Source: Amoebidium appalachense
Lineage: Eukaryota; Protista; Ichthyosporea
NCBI GenBank assembly: GCA_963693365.1
Contig: CAVNZM010000002.1
Coordinates: 2,620,259-2,684,258, forward strand
Length of the DNA: 64,000 nucleotides
Direction of reading: 5' to 3'
This document shows positions 1-32,105 of this stretch, in pieces. The notes beneath the pieces are model-generated. The model had not been told where the DNA came from and ran no database searches. It was given only the letters and a program-made list of their open reading frames with translations. The translations under genes and the position numbers were made by a program. How positions within the stretch are numbered: the first letter of the stretch is position 1; each line of letters starts with the position of its first letter.

Positions 1-62
1 CACTGATGTAGTGCACCCATGCCCTGGTGCAGCCTGACATATATGAGACTAATACACTGCTA

Positions 63-211
<149 letters not shown>

Positions 212-520
212 ACAGTGTGTGTGTGTGTGTGTGTACACGTGTGTTTAAAAATTGTTTTGAGGTGTGTGCAGAGGGGAAGGAACTCAAGATTGAAATCTGT
301 TTTGTCTGGGGGGGGGGGGGGGGGGGGGGGGGGGGGAGGGAGGGGCGGGGGAGGGGGGGAGAGGATGGGTGAAGAAGAGGAGATGTAAAGGGAGATGGCC
401 TAGGAAGAATTGTAAGGTTGCTGTGATATTTGATGGGCAATTCCAGTAGAATTTATAAGAAATATCCAATCCTGAGGAATACTGTAATTGAAGTCACTGT
501 GGTATTTGAAAGAATTGCAG

Positions 521-1041
521 GCCTGCCCATGATGGGCAAAACAAAAGGCACACTGGCAAACTTCGCTCACCGTCCCTTCGTGCAGGAAAAGGACTTCTTG
601 GAGTCAACCGCCGTATTGCAGCAGAATGCAGAAAGAATAATCGCGTCGAGGCGGGCCAAAAACACAAAACGGCTAGAAGACCTCGTTGCCAAACACGAAC
701 ATTTCACCAAAGCGATCGAGACACTGGAAACGGAAATGTCCGAATCCAACAAGAGTGTTAAGGAGGGGCTGGAGACATTAGGCGGCAACGTGCACAAACA
801 TGAAAAATTCATTTTCGAAGAGTGGGCAAAAGAGAGGACGGAAATGAAAGAGGATATAATGACCCTGCGTGACCGAATTCTCAAACTGGAAGAAAAAGAG
901 AAGCAAAAGAAGGAGAAACAGAACACATTCACAAGTGGTGGTATCGGGGATACAGCTTCACGCTTCCTTTCGTGGGTTCGACCCTGGACAAAGGGACGTG
1001 GTCCCATGGTGCACGTGCTTCAATTGACCGAGCCGAAACAG

Positions 1042-1072
<31 letters not shown>

Positions 1073-1181
1073 TTCTCCCTCCCCTTCTTTTCCTGTTTCA
1101 TGCTTCCCCACCTTCGCTGTGTTGCTCACGACGTTCACTCTCACATCCCCCCCCCCCCCCCCCCCCCCCCCCTCCCCCTCC

Positions 1182-1236
<55 letters not shown>

Positions 1237-2809
1237 AAAAAATAAAAAATTGAAAGGAAAAACTTCGAAAGTTTCCACAACTAAGAATTAAAACGAAAAA
1301 AGAAAAAGAAAAAGAGAAAGAAGAAACTGAGAAAACTAAGTCTTCAGGCAGTGCGCGATATATTAGTAGTGATGATTCATGTTCAATTTTTGATTCTCTT
1401 GCTACATTCCCTCCCTTGGAGCTTCATGTGCGGAATGGAAATTCGAATTCCTCCATAGTTTAACGTCCCCCCCCCCCCCCCCCCCCCCCCGCCCTCTCCC
1501 CCACCACCACCACTATCACCACTATTCTTGCATCATGAAACAGCCTCAATAATACATACCATACCACCCCCTGCAGGTATCACAAGACGTTGCAGAAGTC
1601 TTCAACTTGAACTTCGTCGGTATTTTGGGGGGGTCCAAACCTGGCAAACTTTCCGTGTTTCAAACCATCACTCCAGCAGAATTCCGCCAAATTGCAATGG
1701 GAAAGGACGATCGCATCGCCCAGGGAGTGCGGGGTTTGGTGGTGGTGGCATTTGCCAGTGGTCACCGTTGGAATGAGTCGATCAGCCCCCCTGAACTGTG
1801 GGAGTACATATCCATGGCGGGTAAGAAAAATGGCCACAGTACCATGATAATATCTGTGCAGCCCTTGCTTACTTCAGTAATATCACCAACACTATCATGA
1901 TAGGTTTACAGGAACCCCCTCCTCCCCGACACCCCCTCCCCCCCCCCACCACCCTCCCTAATTACCCCCGAAGGTTCCATTACTCTTGCCCTCTTCTAGG
2001 CTGTGCACTTCTCTCATACAGTATACCTCTCCCTCTTCCTCTTTCACCCTGTTTCTCCGACTTCAGACTCTCTCTCCCATTGTCAGGGGATTTCCAACTC
2101 CAGCCGCCTCACCTTCACTCCCTCCCCCCACCCTCCCGTCCTACCCGTTCCCCCCCCTCCTTCTGCCCTCGTTACCCACGGCAAGCATGTTGTTGATCAC
2201 CTGTTCTCGTCAATGTTTAAACCACTTACACAGAAACAAGCAAAACCTCTAAGTCAGCATATACATACAGAAAGAACCCCCCCCCCCCCCCCCCCCCCCC
2301 CCCGCCATCCCCCCTTTCCCCCTGCGCTCCCTCATCCTAGACCTTCCACCAACTCCTCCTTCCCACAACCCGGCCTTTTTCACACACCCCTGCGCACACG
2401 GGCATTGGCACACGTGCACGCGCACACACATGCGCACACACACGCACACAGACGCACACACACACGCACACGCACGCAGATACGCATGCACACACACGCA
2501 CACGCGCACGTACGCGCGCACACAACACACACGCGCGCACACAACACACACGCGCACACACACTGTACGCACAAAACCGATTTTTTTTGAATAATTATAG
2601 GGTACGACAAGGTTGCCTTCCTCGGGGCCAGCCACAATGCCAGCAGCAAGATCAGCACCACGCCTGCAACCCTCCAAGTGACCCGCATCAAGCCAGATAT
2701 TGCCATGCCTCTCTACTGCACCACGAAGAAAGGTGTGATCCGATTGGACGAGAACAAAGCGCTGTTTGACGCACTGGCTGATATGGTTCTGTCTCTAGAC
2801 ACGGCCTGA
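521..2809 (+). CDS. Hypothetical protein, 3' portion (coiled-coil followed by a small alpha/beta-like region); 5' end probably upstream of the window
   Basis: Three in-phase exons with canonical sites: ~521-1041 (TGCAG|...AAACAG|GT), ~1577-1820 (VSQDVAEVFNLNFVG...YISMA, |GTAAGA) and 2601-2809 (TTATAG|GYDKVAFLGASHN...LSLDTA*). The first exon has a heptad-like E/K-rich stretch. No family recognised. Confidence 0.7.
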
Positions 2810-3328
2810 ACGGGCTGCGGTTCATGGGTTAATAAATGAAATTGTCATGATCACTCCAATTGAATATGCCTGTGTGTCATCTTGCTCTCTCAGTTTCGTG
2901 TGTCGCTGTTAAATGATTCTTCTCTGCATTGAATTTCACACATTGTCAAGTAGGAAGTTAAGTAGGAGCTCCAAAATGGTGGTATGACACACTGCAGAAC
3001 AAAACGTCGGATAGTACAATCTAAACGAAGTTTCAATGGTCATTGTGCATTTCAACGGTGCTCAACCTTGTGAAAGGCCGACATAGATCTTTTAGACATT
3101 ACACAACCATTAGCTTTTTGTATCTGAGTTGCGTTGATATCGATGTATCCGAGTAGTGTCACACAATATACTAATAAAAAGCCTGAAAAGAAGTAACAAA
3201 AACAAACACTTTTATTCACTATAATAATAAAAATTGCTATGAACGGGCAAAGTTTTGCCCCTTACAAAACCCAAACTTTGTGACCGTGCAAACTCAGAAC
3301 CACATGATTACCTTCCTGTGTCGTCAGC

Positions 3329-3364
<36 letters not shown>

Positions 3365-4290
3365 TTTAGATCTCCCATCTCGATCTTTTACTACACACCG
3401 TGACACACACACACACTCTCTCTCTCCCTCCCTCCCTCCCTCCCCACCCTTCCATCTCTCTCTCTCTCTCTCTCTCTCCCCCCCTCCCTCCCTCCCTCCC
3501 TCCCCACCCTTCCATCTCTCTCTCTCTCCTTATCACCATCTCTTTCCCTCACTCTCCCCTCTCTCCAATATCGATTTCTCACCCCCCGCCCCCGCCCCTC
3601 CGCTTTCTCTCTCTTCCAGTTACTTAGAAATTTGTCTCCCTCCCTCCCTCCCCGCCCTCCCTCCTTCCCTCTCTCTCTCTCCCCCTCTTTCTGTCTCTCT
3701 CCCCCTCTCCCCCCTCTCCCCCCCCCCCCCCCCCTCCCTCCCTCCCTGTACCATTTCAGGTCATCCAGGTACATTCACTCCCTTTCTCGGTTTGAGTTGC
3801 CCCTCTGCCTTCCCTCCCCCCGGCCCGCTCTTCGGACGAATACCACCCACTCGCGCTTTTGTTATTTGTGGGTGGAGGTGGGTGGGGAGGTGGGGGTGGG
3901 GGGAAATGGTGTGTGTACATGTGTGTGTGTGTGTGGTGGGGGGGGGGGGGGGGGGGGGGGGAAGGGGGGAGTTTGTGTGTGTACATGTATGTGTTGGGGT
4001 GGGGGGGAGGGGGGGGGGGGGGGAGAGGGGAAGGGTCGAAATACAAAATTGATTCACCACTATGAAGGGGGGGGGGGGGGGGGGGCTGAGGTTCAGATCA
4101 CCACTTTGATGATGTAACTTCTGGTTTGCCTCAAAACGTTGTTGAACAACTTTGGCCCCCCAGGGTCTACCACACGGCAATGGTAACCGTACCGACTGAA
4201 CATGATCGAGCCTTTGTGAGAGAGGGAGAGACAGATGGGGGAGGGGGGGGCAGAGGGGGGGGGGGGGGGGGGGGGGAGGAGAGGAGGAGA

Positions 4291-4351
<61 letters not shown>

Positions 4352-5450
4352 TGTGTGTGTGTCGTGTGTGTGAGGAAGGAGGGCGGAAGGGGGGGATGGA
4401 GGGGGGGGGGGGGGAGGGGGGAGGGGGAGGGGGAGGGGGGAGAGGGAAAGATAGTGAGAGAGCGAGCAAACGTCATTGCACTGCTTTTTTTTTTTTTTTT
4501 TTTTTTTGGCGGGGAGCTCCCGCGGGGGGGGGGGGAAGGGGGGGGGGGGGGGGGGGGGGTGTTTCTCATCACACTCGGAGGGAGGGGGGGGATGTATTTC
4601 CGCACATGTCACTATATATTTCACAAGGCAGATATGACTGCACCGTGACCAGCACGAAAAAATCCACACTACGTACATGAGGGTGCTTATCTAACATCGA
4701 CCCCCCCCCCCCCCTCCCTCTCTCCCCCAACCACCAACTTCAACAGCCAATGCACTTTATCCTTTGATGGCTCAGTGAGCAACTACCCACCATCACATTC
4801 ACTTTGAGCCAATCACACCTTCTCACATAACTGTTAGTGGTCACAAACACATGGTCGGGTAAGAAGCATAATAGATCATCTCGTAATACCGTTTATATCA
4901 CGGTTGTATATGTGCTTTCCTACTTTTTGCATTCAAGTCCACGTTATATGCTCGTTAGCAATTCGGCGTAAAAAAACAAGCACAAAAAGAGCAAATGCTC
5001 TATAAAAATCCTGTAAGTTGAAGAATTAGTAATAATATCCGTTCACTCCTACATATATTTCCCGGTATTATGTGCAAATATGTACCCGTAAATCGGTGAG
5101 AACAGAAAAAAACGGGCGCAATGCAATAATTGGCCCTCATATTTAGAATCCAGTGTTCGCAACCGTATTTATATATCTCAGGTCACCTATATTCGTATCA
5201 TATATTTTTTCACCTATATTATCTGGAATATACTAAGTTCATATAGAATATCCACCTTTATTTTCATATCCCGTACACTATATACTCCTATATTATATAC
5301 TGAACATCATCAGTATCATATTTCCATAGCATGTTCACCTCTAATCGCTGCAATCACATCCACTCGCGGGGAGGGGGGGGGGGGGGGGGGGGGGGGGCGC
5401 AAGCACAACATAAGCAAACCACCCTACTTGGCAGGCACCATAATGCACTT

Positions 5451-16741
<11,291 letters not shown>

Positions 16742-17647
16742 AAAACACCAGAAAGGAGCGACAAGAGTACTTGTGGAAAAATGCAAACTCCGCAAACCAG
16801 GGAACCGGGCATTGCTAACGGTTTCGGGCTGAGAGGGTGTTGTGAAAAGGAAAAAGGTGTAGAGATGAAACGGGTGTGTATTATTGTAGAAAACGAGCAC
16901 CAAACACTGGTTGTTGGCATTTTTTTCCAGGACATCACTTAACCAAAATGTTCCATGAAAGAAAGAAGTCCGGATTGTTGCCCATTTCTGGGCCAATTAA
17001 ACGCTGATGCATGAGACGTGGAAGAAGTGAAAGTGAGCCCTGGAGATCGCCGGTACGGAGAGAGAGGGGAAAAAGGCGGGATGGGGGATGCGTTCCAAAA
17101 AGACACACCTTGTCCCTCTTTCGTCGTGTGCTGCGCTGTGACAATAAAATGAACAGAGCGCGGCCTCTGCCAGCACACAGTAGGCAACTGATATCCTCCG
17201 GTTGGCCCGAGAGACCTTAGGCGCTTGCTCAAAAAGACGTGGAGAGTGCCAGGCCGGAGGGCCGGTGAAGGCTGAAAAAGGCGAATCATGATAAAAATTC
17301 AACAGAAGGCTCGTGTTTATTGCAGGTTCATCAAACTGTACCAAGTAGGCTATAAGCTAGTGAAAGAGGATGGAACTACGGGGTGCTGATCTAGATTGAC
17401 CAAAAACATAGTCGGGGTTGAAGCAGCACATAGCCAACCAGGAAGAATGGGTAAAGCCTGGTGAAGACGCAGAAGGTATCACCACTACCACCCCCCTTGC
17501 CCTTCGTACATACAAACAACGCCGGCCTTACATAGTCACAGTGGAATTTCGGAAAACGTACCTGACTTGAGTCGGAGTGGGTGATCGGATCTAAGATCTT
17601 AGCCAAACACAGTATCGAGGGAATGTCGTCTATCGAGGGAATGTAGG

Positions 17648-17702
17648 TTCGCAATTAAGGCCTCCTAAATAGCTCACCTATTTAGGAGGCCTTGTTCGCA
17701 AT
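17648..17702. mobile_element. Putative P-element-type excision footprint or ultra-short MITE (39 bp)
   Basis: TTCGCAAT (17648-17655) + TAAGGCCTCCTAAATAG + CTCAC + CTATTTAGGAGGCCTTG + TTCGCAAT (17695-17702). Two 17-nt inverted arms (16/17 match) sit inside an 8-bp direct repeat. Confidence 0.7.
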
Positions 17703-18253
17703 GCAATGTATCGTGTAGCCGCCACACCTTTAATAAATTATACAGTTTCACTTCAGTCTATATGCATACGCAAGAGGAGCAGTAACTCCGAACGACGGTT
17801 CTTAACCATTTATTATAGGGCTTGTGAACTTAGACCGACTCCGAGTAGGAATGGAAGTGTTCGAGGGAGAGTCTTACTGTGACCATATGACGGCGTTTGT
17901 AGCGTCCGGCCAACTATATGATTCCAAGGGACAGCAACCAATTACAACGCACAAATATGTTCGGATAGATCTGGGCAATCTACCGTGGCAGTCAGAAACT
18001 GATAAGCAACGATATTAATCGATTGTTCCTCTCTTATCATAGCCTCTGATAAAGCATTACATTATACCATTGTAGCTATTTTATTTTCAAATGGCCGATG
18101 CAACGGCGATGCCAGCTAAAAATCAATATATTTCTTAATGTGCATACACACAGTTGCACTGTACATCGGTCGCAGGCATATGCATACGCGCGTACGCATG
18201 TACATATATGGCATCAGTATACGTACATGCCGCCGGGCAGTTGAGCACCAACG

Positions 18254-18988
18254 CTGAAGTATGGCTCACAACTTGAAGGCCTCCTCCATCGGGTTTTGAA
18301 CCGGAGCACTTGGCCATGGTGTCCTTAGACCGATGGCTAAACCATCTAGGCCAAAAAGTTAAAGAAACACCAAGGCTATATGCCTTTGCCATACCACAAC
18401 CCCCCCTTCCAACAGGCTTCGTCCTCGAAGCCGTCACACGCTCGTGTGCGCGCTTTCGAACTCGACAGCTCACTCACCTCGTTAGAGTCCGGGGGTCTTC
18501 ATCATCAAGTCACAGCGCATGTGACTCATAAAAGGATCGCTCGCCCGCCTGCGGCGGCGTCCGCACCTCCACCACTGAAGTATGCATATGGCGGCTCACC
18601 GTTGAAAAAGGCCTCGTCCATCGGGGACTGAAGTATGGCTCACAAAAAGGCCTCCTCCATCGCTGGCACGTACTGACTGTGCCCTCTAGCCTATCACAGT
18701 GTACGATAAATCGACGCTGGCTGAGCAAGGTAGGCGAGTCACGTGATCAGCCGCTCTCCGTATCGTCCGCGTCTCCTTGAAAAATAACGGACTCCCTCAG
18801 AACCACGGCCATCGAGAAACACCTAGATGGCCGTGCTCAGAACTTAGAAGGTAGCAGCCATGATCGGAATTTCAACCCGAGGGCCAAGCTTGGTGTCCCA
18901 TGTCCATAGGGCCATCTAGGCCAAAAAGGCTAGCTCTCCTTCAGGGAGAAACACCAAGGCTAGTGCTATATGCCTTTGCCATACCACA
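18254..18988. repeat. Mosaic of degenerate local duplications
   Basis: CTGAAGTATG...AAGGCCTCSTCCATCG occurs three times (~18254, ~18575, ~18628). CCATCTAGGCCAAAAAG...AGAAACACCAAGGC...TATATGCCTTTGCCATACCACA occurs twice (~18342-18398 and ~18913-18988). Confidence 0.8.
18796..18843. mobile_element. Second putative P-element-type footprint (32 bp)
   Basis: CTCAGAAC (18796-18803) + CACGGCCATCGAG + AAACAC + CTAGATGGCCGTG + CTCAGAAC (18836-18843). It has 13-nt inverted arms (12/13 match), CA...TG ends and an 8-bp duplication. Confidence 0.7.
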
Positions 18989-19780
18989 CGACACCAATAA
19001 CTCAACTTGGGGTTGCATAAAATTTTGGAGAAGATACTGAAGAGCATATGGCTTACTTCAGACGGTACGTCATGGTAGCTTGCAGAATACAGTCAACAGT
19101 AGTAGGTGTAGGTACTCAGGGAGGAAAGAAAAAAATAGATACGCGGGGGAGCCTATTTGCCACACGGGCCAGTGGCCACTGGCCCACAACTTACAAGCCC
19201 ACGGCCCGGGCGAATTTTGTAGAACCAACATAACATTAGATCCCGGTAATCGATTGGCTTTCCTGATCTTCGGTGTTATCCAATCAACGCATTTGTTAGC
19301 ATTCCATTCCATTTCCACATACATACCAGAGGGCCTGGAGGGCAGGGGCTCGAGCAAGCAGGATCATATGATAGCCTAATGTGACGGGAACCTTGATAAG
19401 GCTCGTATATATGGCGCCGCTGGAGAGACATGGCATATGTTTTACTTTCTGCATCAAACAGGTTAGTCTAAAATAGATTATTGAGTCGCCATCGGCGCAT
19501 TGGGTGCACCGCACTGCAGCTGCGCACGCACGATTGTGTCGCACGTACCATGCATGTCTCGGGCCGTCGGCAATCGGAAAGTCGAGGCTATGGGATGCCC
19601 CCAAAACCATTGTATTCAGGGGGGATTCAACCCTAAAACTTTTTTTTCTTTTGACTGGATTTATTCGACGGAAAGATATGCCTAAAACTTACTCAATTTA
19701 TCGATCAGCTTTCGTTGCCCAATAAACTTTGACACCGGGCTTATTTTTTTTTTGGATTTATTTCAGTGTAAGTTTTACAT

Positions 19781-19970
19781 TTAAGGAGAAAGGGTTCATT
19801 TTGAGATTTCACTATGTAATTGATCAAATTTCATATGTAGGATTATCGACCCCCACTGAGTATCGGGAGTTAGGGAGTATGGGGGATTACGATCTGCCGT
19901 TATGCACATGCATGGTTCACGGCCGCACTCAATTTGATAGGAAATTTAGTTTTGAACATTTAGTCGTTAA
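19781..19970. mobile_element. Non-autonomous TTAA-flanked DNA transposon (Kolobok-like MITE), copy 1
   Basis: Bounded by TTAA at 19781-19784 and 19967-19970 and starts GGAGAAAGGGTTCA. A near-identical inverted copy is at 31290-31529. Confidence 0.7.
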
Positions 19971-21489
19971 TGAAGAGTTACGATCACACATCCTGGTATC
20001 ACTGTCTTGGTACCGGATAGATATTCCTCTACGCCGGTGCCATCATGATTCATGCATGCTTGGCGCGCAGGCGGCAGGCAGTGCGTGAAAAAAGACTTCA
20101 CTTTCACTTCGATCTCTTAGCTGTCACGTCAACTTTTTTCCCCGATTCTTCACCATGGCAGGTATATAAAGGCTTTCGTTTCTTCTTTTTGTGGTGGGAG
20201 GGAGTCCCATTCAGGGGAACGTGACTGCAGAGTGTGTGTGGTGTGGCCTGGTGTACATATTCCTACTGCTGTAAGAGTTTGGGGGCATCTCCCTTTCGCC
20301 GAGTTTCTCGCTTGAGAAGTGGTTTCTTCAACGCCTGGTGGTCCACTGCAACCTATGGTAACTTCTACACGCTGTCTACGCTTCTACGCGATCTATTGGC
20401 GGTGCCAGTGGGCTGCTGCAACTTCTTCAGCTACTATCTGCGCTGCGTGAGTGGAGGGGCGGCTACTTGGTTGTCGGGGAGCTTTCCAAGTGACTGCCAG
20501 TCCTTAGCCTCCAGTCGTATGGCAATGACCGGGTTTGCTTGCATGCATTCTGTAATTGTGTTTTTCTGTGTGTCCTACCACAACTAGGCCACCTTATCAG
20601 AGAGCTAGATGCAGTTTCTCCGGGTTATCTAGGGGCCGGGCCTGTTTGGATTGTTTTTTAGCTCAGATTTGGTCTGCATTGCTCTTTTAGAGGCTGACTA
20701 AGTCTTGCTTGCTGTGCCTCGGTAGGTTTTGAGGGGGGCCTGTTGGGAAGGAGCATGGCAGTAATGATGTCTTCTTGCGGAGTGTGGTCTGGTCAACATC
20801 GATGCATATGACTAGTTGGAGCAAACTAGTTTCACGCCATACACGTACACTCATGGTTTTGCCCGCCAGCCTGGTGTCCTTTGTCAATTGTCGCTTTATT
20901 TTTATTTCGTAGCTTTGGCTTTTTCAGTTCTATTGGTGGTTATGTAGCCTGTGGCTGCACGTTCAAGTTGCCTTCATCAACAAAAGAAAGTGAAAAAAGT
21001 TTCACAAACATGGGCCCGCACACTGGCGTGCCCGTGACGATGAGCACACTGACGGTGCCCGTGACGATGATCATGATATGTGTCCTGTACTGCTGTTTTT
21101 TTTTCGCCCACGGCAATAAAAAAGCATGATATTAGGCGAATGGTCTATCCTTAAAACGCACCAGTGCGCTCCCTCCCAATCGTAAACACGCGCTGACCCC
21201 CCTTTTATCCAATCAGATACAGCCCGCCCCCCTCCCTTGCGGGTGCCATGTGTCCTGTACTGCTATGGCAGTGGGGACATGCACGCATACGCGCACGCAT
21301 GCAACGCGAATCGAGTCGAGTGAACTCATAAAGGCCGGGGTTTGGGTTGGGGGGGTAGATGGCCAGCACGGGCATAAGATAGGAATGATGGCCTCCAAAC
21401 ACTATCCAAACATACGCATTGTGCAGAATCATTTTCGGAGGAATTTTGAAAGATATGGTTGTTTCCCCCGCTTCTGTCGTGATGGTGCC

Positions 21490-21572
21490 ATTGGCCAATC
21501 ATTGCTTCTGAAGAAACCAGAAACAGGTTATTGACGTGATTGGACGAAATTCAAAAAGGACCGCCAATGGTT
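21490..21572 (+). promoter_or_regulatory. CCAAT-box cluster upstream of the SH2 gene
   Basis: ATTGGCCAATC, GATTGG and GCCAATGG fall within ~80 bp. They are followed by a plausible 5'UTR intron (GAG|GTAATG at ~21666; TTTTCAG| at 21963). Confidence 0.35.
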
Positions 21573-21974
21573 AGGCCTCTCTAAACAGAAATGTACAATG
21601 TCGTACATTCCGAATTGCCGATGTTCCCCTTGTGCCATATTATTCTGACTGTACTTCTGTAGTGAGGTAATGTTGTTATTTGTGGATAGTACAAGTAAAA
21701 GCCTTTCTTAGTGTTGTTGGTTCTAAATAATAATTAAATTAATTAATGTAGTACTGCTCTTATACTCCCAAATGAAACCCATTTTGCTAATTTGTGTACA
21801 CTGGCAACTGCATCTGGATTTGTCACAGATAAATAGATCATTGATGTAAATGTGTTGGAGCATTTCTATTGGCCAGTATAAGCATTCTGGTTAGTGGTAT
21901 AAAAGGCCATTGCATGGCAGTCATTTTTTTCAAGATTCTCCTTTCATGTTTACCAGTTTTCAGTGACCTAGAAA

Positions 21975-22772
21975 ATGGCAGCAGCCGTGTTAGAATCCAA
22001 GCCATGCAAGCTAAACCCACTTCAAAGGCTTAGCAGCGGTTTATCCGGCCTACCAAGAAGGCTTCTCAGCCCGTCATCTTTAGGAAAGAGCACACGCGAA
22101 AGCAGCTCGTCCGAGCTTCCCATCTCCCCGGCAGACAGCCCGGTATCAGACATGGCTTTCAGTTTTAAAGACAGCACGGGGAGGCCATGTGAGAGACAGG
22201 GCAGCTTCGACCAGACATATCGCCAACGCAAGGCACAGTTTGAGACGCATCTTTTTATGCCCGGTGCAGGATACGGCCATTCAGCCCCAACAAAACTGTC
22301 ACTGGAGGAGCTCTCCAGCCACCCAGCTGCACTTCTGCTTGAGGAAGAACTTGAACGGGCACTGATGCCTCACCTTGTAAAGCGCGCAAGCAGCTTGCGC
22401 GAGAAGGAACCGAGCACATCTCTTCAACGTGCATGGTACCACGGAGAAATCAGCAAAGACGAGGCAACCCGCCTTTTGCGAGCCGACGGTGAAAACGGAG
22501 TGTTCATCATTCGCACTTCAGAAACGTGTGTGGGAACATACGTTCTCTCCGTGCTCGTTCTGGGACACGTCACGCATATTCGCATCCTGCGCCTACCTAA
22601 CGGTTCCTATCTGTTGACTGGTGCCGAACGGAATTTCCCAACTTTAGGTGCTCTAATTGCCAACTATTCGCTTAATGCTTTCACTATGAATGGCGAAGGA
22701 AAGGATATGCATATGCGCCTGAAGCGTCCTTGCCGTTATCTTCCTAAGCCATGTGCTTTTGTTCCTGAATAA
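21975..22772 (+). CDS. SH2-domain adaptor protein (265 aa, intronless CDS)
   Basis: C-terminal SH2 signature WYHGEISKDEATRLL...GVFIIRTSE...YVLSV...HIRI...FPTLGALIANY with the phosphotyrosine-binding Arg retained. The N-terminus is Ser/Pro-rich and likely disordered. Confidence 0.93.
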   Translation: MAAAVLESKPCKLNPLQRLSSGLSGLPRRLLSPSSLGKSTRESSSSELPISPADSPVSDMAFSFKDSTGRPCERQGSFDQTYRQRKAQFETHLFMPGAGYGHSAPTKLSLEELSSHPAALLLEEELERALMPHLVKRASSLREKEPSTSLQRAWYHGEISKDEATRLLRADGENGVFIIRTSETCVGTYVLSVLVLGHVTHIRILRLPNGSYLLTGAERNFPTLGALIANYSLNAFTMNGEGKDMHMRLKRPCRYLPKPCAFVPE

Positions 22773-23308
22773 TCAGTTGTGTGCGTAAAAATTAGGCTTT
22801 AAACAATGATAAAAGTGCGTATGTTAAGTGCTTTTAGACCCTACTGTACATAGCTGTTCTAGAGAATAGTATTTAGAAGATGGTGTGTGGCTTAGCCATG
22901 GCCAGCTGGTTCTGGTAGCCCTACTCCAATTGGACAATAAACGTAATTGTAAGCGGAAACTAAACGTAATTGTAAGCGGAAACCACCTTTGCCAGTTCCG
23001 GGCCGGGCCACAAGAAAAACAAAGCCCTGACCACAAAGTCACATTGTATGGCTGCACTGCGGGGTTACAGGGCTGACTACGTGCCTACTACATGGCCAAA
23101 TACCAATCACCACGGGAAACAAGAGCCAAGCATATACCACAACAGTTTTGTCTTTCCTCTATGAACCAGCAGACGTATCCCCCCCCACCCCTCCCCCCCC
23201 TGTCCTCTCCAACTCAATCTCATTCTCGCTCGATCTCTCACCTCCTCTGTCTGCTCCTCCTCCCTGAGGCTCCCTCCCCACCTCTCTCCCCCCACCTCCC
23301 CCCCCCCC

Positions 23309-23339
<31 letters not shown>

Positions 23340-23927
23340 ACACAGCCACCATCCCTCTTTGCTCTAATTCATAATGCCTGGCACAGTGCAGCAAAGCACA
23401 AACTCACACCTCCAGATCCAATGCACCCATCATCACGTTCGACAGTCCGATCAGTCGTGCAGGCCTATTTTAGGGTTAGTTAGCTGGTTCAAACCGTACG
23501 TTTCAAGTAATTGTTTTGTTCACAATTTTATTTCAACCTGCGCATGCGTTTTCTGGACACGACGTGTTGGCTACAACCAAAGATTACTTTGCTTGTGCAT
23601 CGTTTCGTTTGTGCTGAACTCGTTGGCTCAATGCACGTTGTACCTCGCTATATGTACAGCAAGGCCTCCTATACATAAGAAACACATGAAGTATGTATGT
23701 ACCAAATTCGTACATAATCATCACAGATAACTTCATGATATTTGTGTTTGTGCATACATATGTACAATAGGACTGGGGCCGTCTGGCCGTGGACCGGTGC
23801 AATTCTATCCAATCATGAGGAGTGGCAAGCATTTGGACCAAAACACAAAAACACGCAGAGAGTGAACACACGAGTTGAAGGCGGAAGAACACATTCATAG
23901 AGCGTTTTAGCAGTTCTGTCCATAGAA

Positions 23928-31956
<8,029 letters not shown>

Positions 31957-32072
31957 CACTATCTATCAGAAGCCTTTTTTTTCTTTTTTTTTTTGCACGG
32001 TATGTGTTTTCAGATTGTTGGTTTTAGAGATATCAATATCTTGTGAATGCTATCATGATGGCGCTCTCCGTT

Positions 32073-32105
<33 letters not shown>

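Noticed and set aside
4093-4700. Short non-repetitive minus-strand segments (e.g. MFSRYGYHCRVVDPGGPKLF...) as a possible extra gene
   Set aside because: I could not build a consistent exon chain or recognise a domain. They may be UTR or element debris.
19162-19181. Perfect 20-bp palindrome GGGCCAGTGGCCACTGGCCC
   Set aside because: No flanking target duplication or second copy is visible, so it cannot be assigned to an element or function.
20200-20900. Coding-like composition on the minus strand
   Set aside because: Multiple stops in all frames and no recognisable domain. At most it is a decayed remnant.
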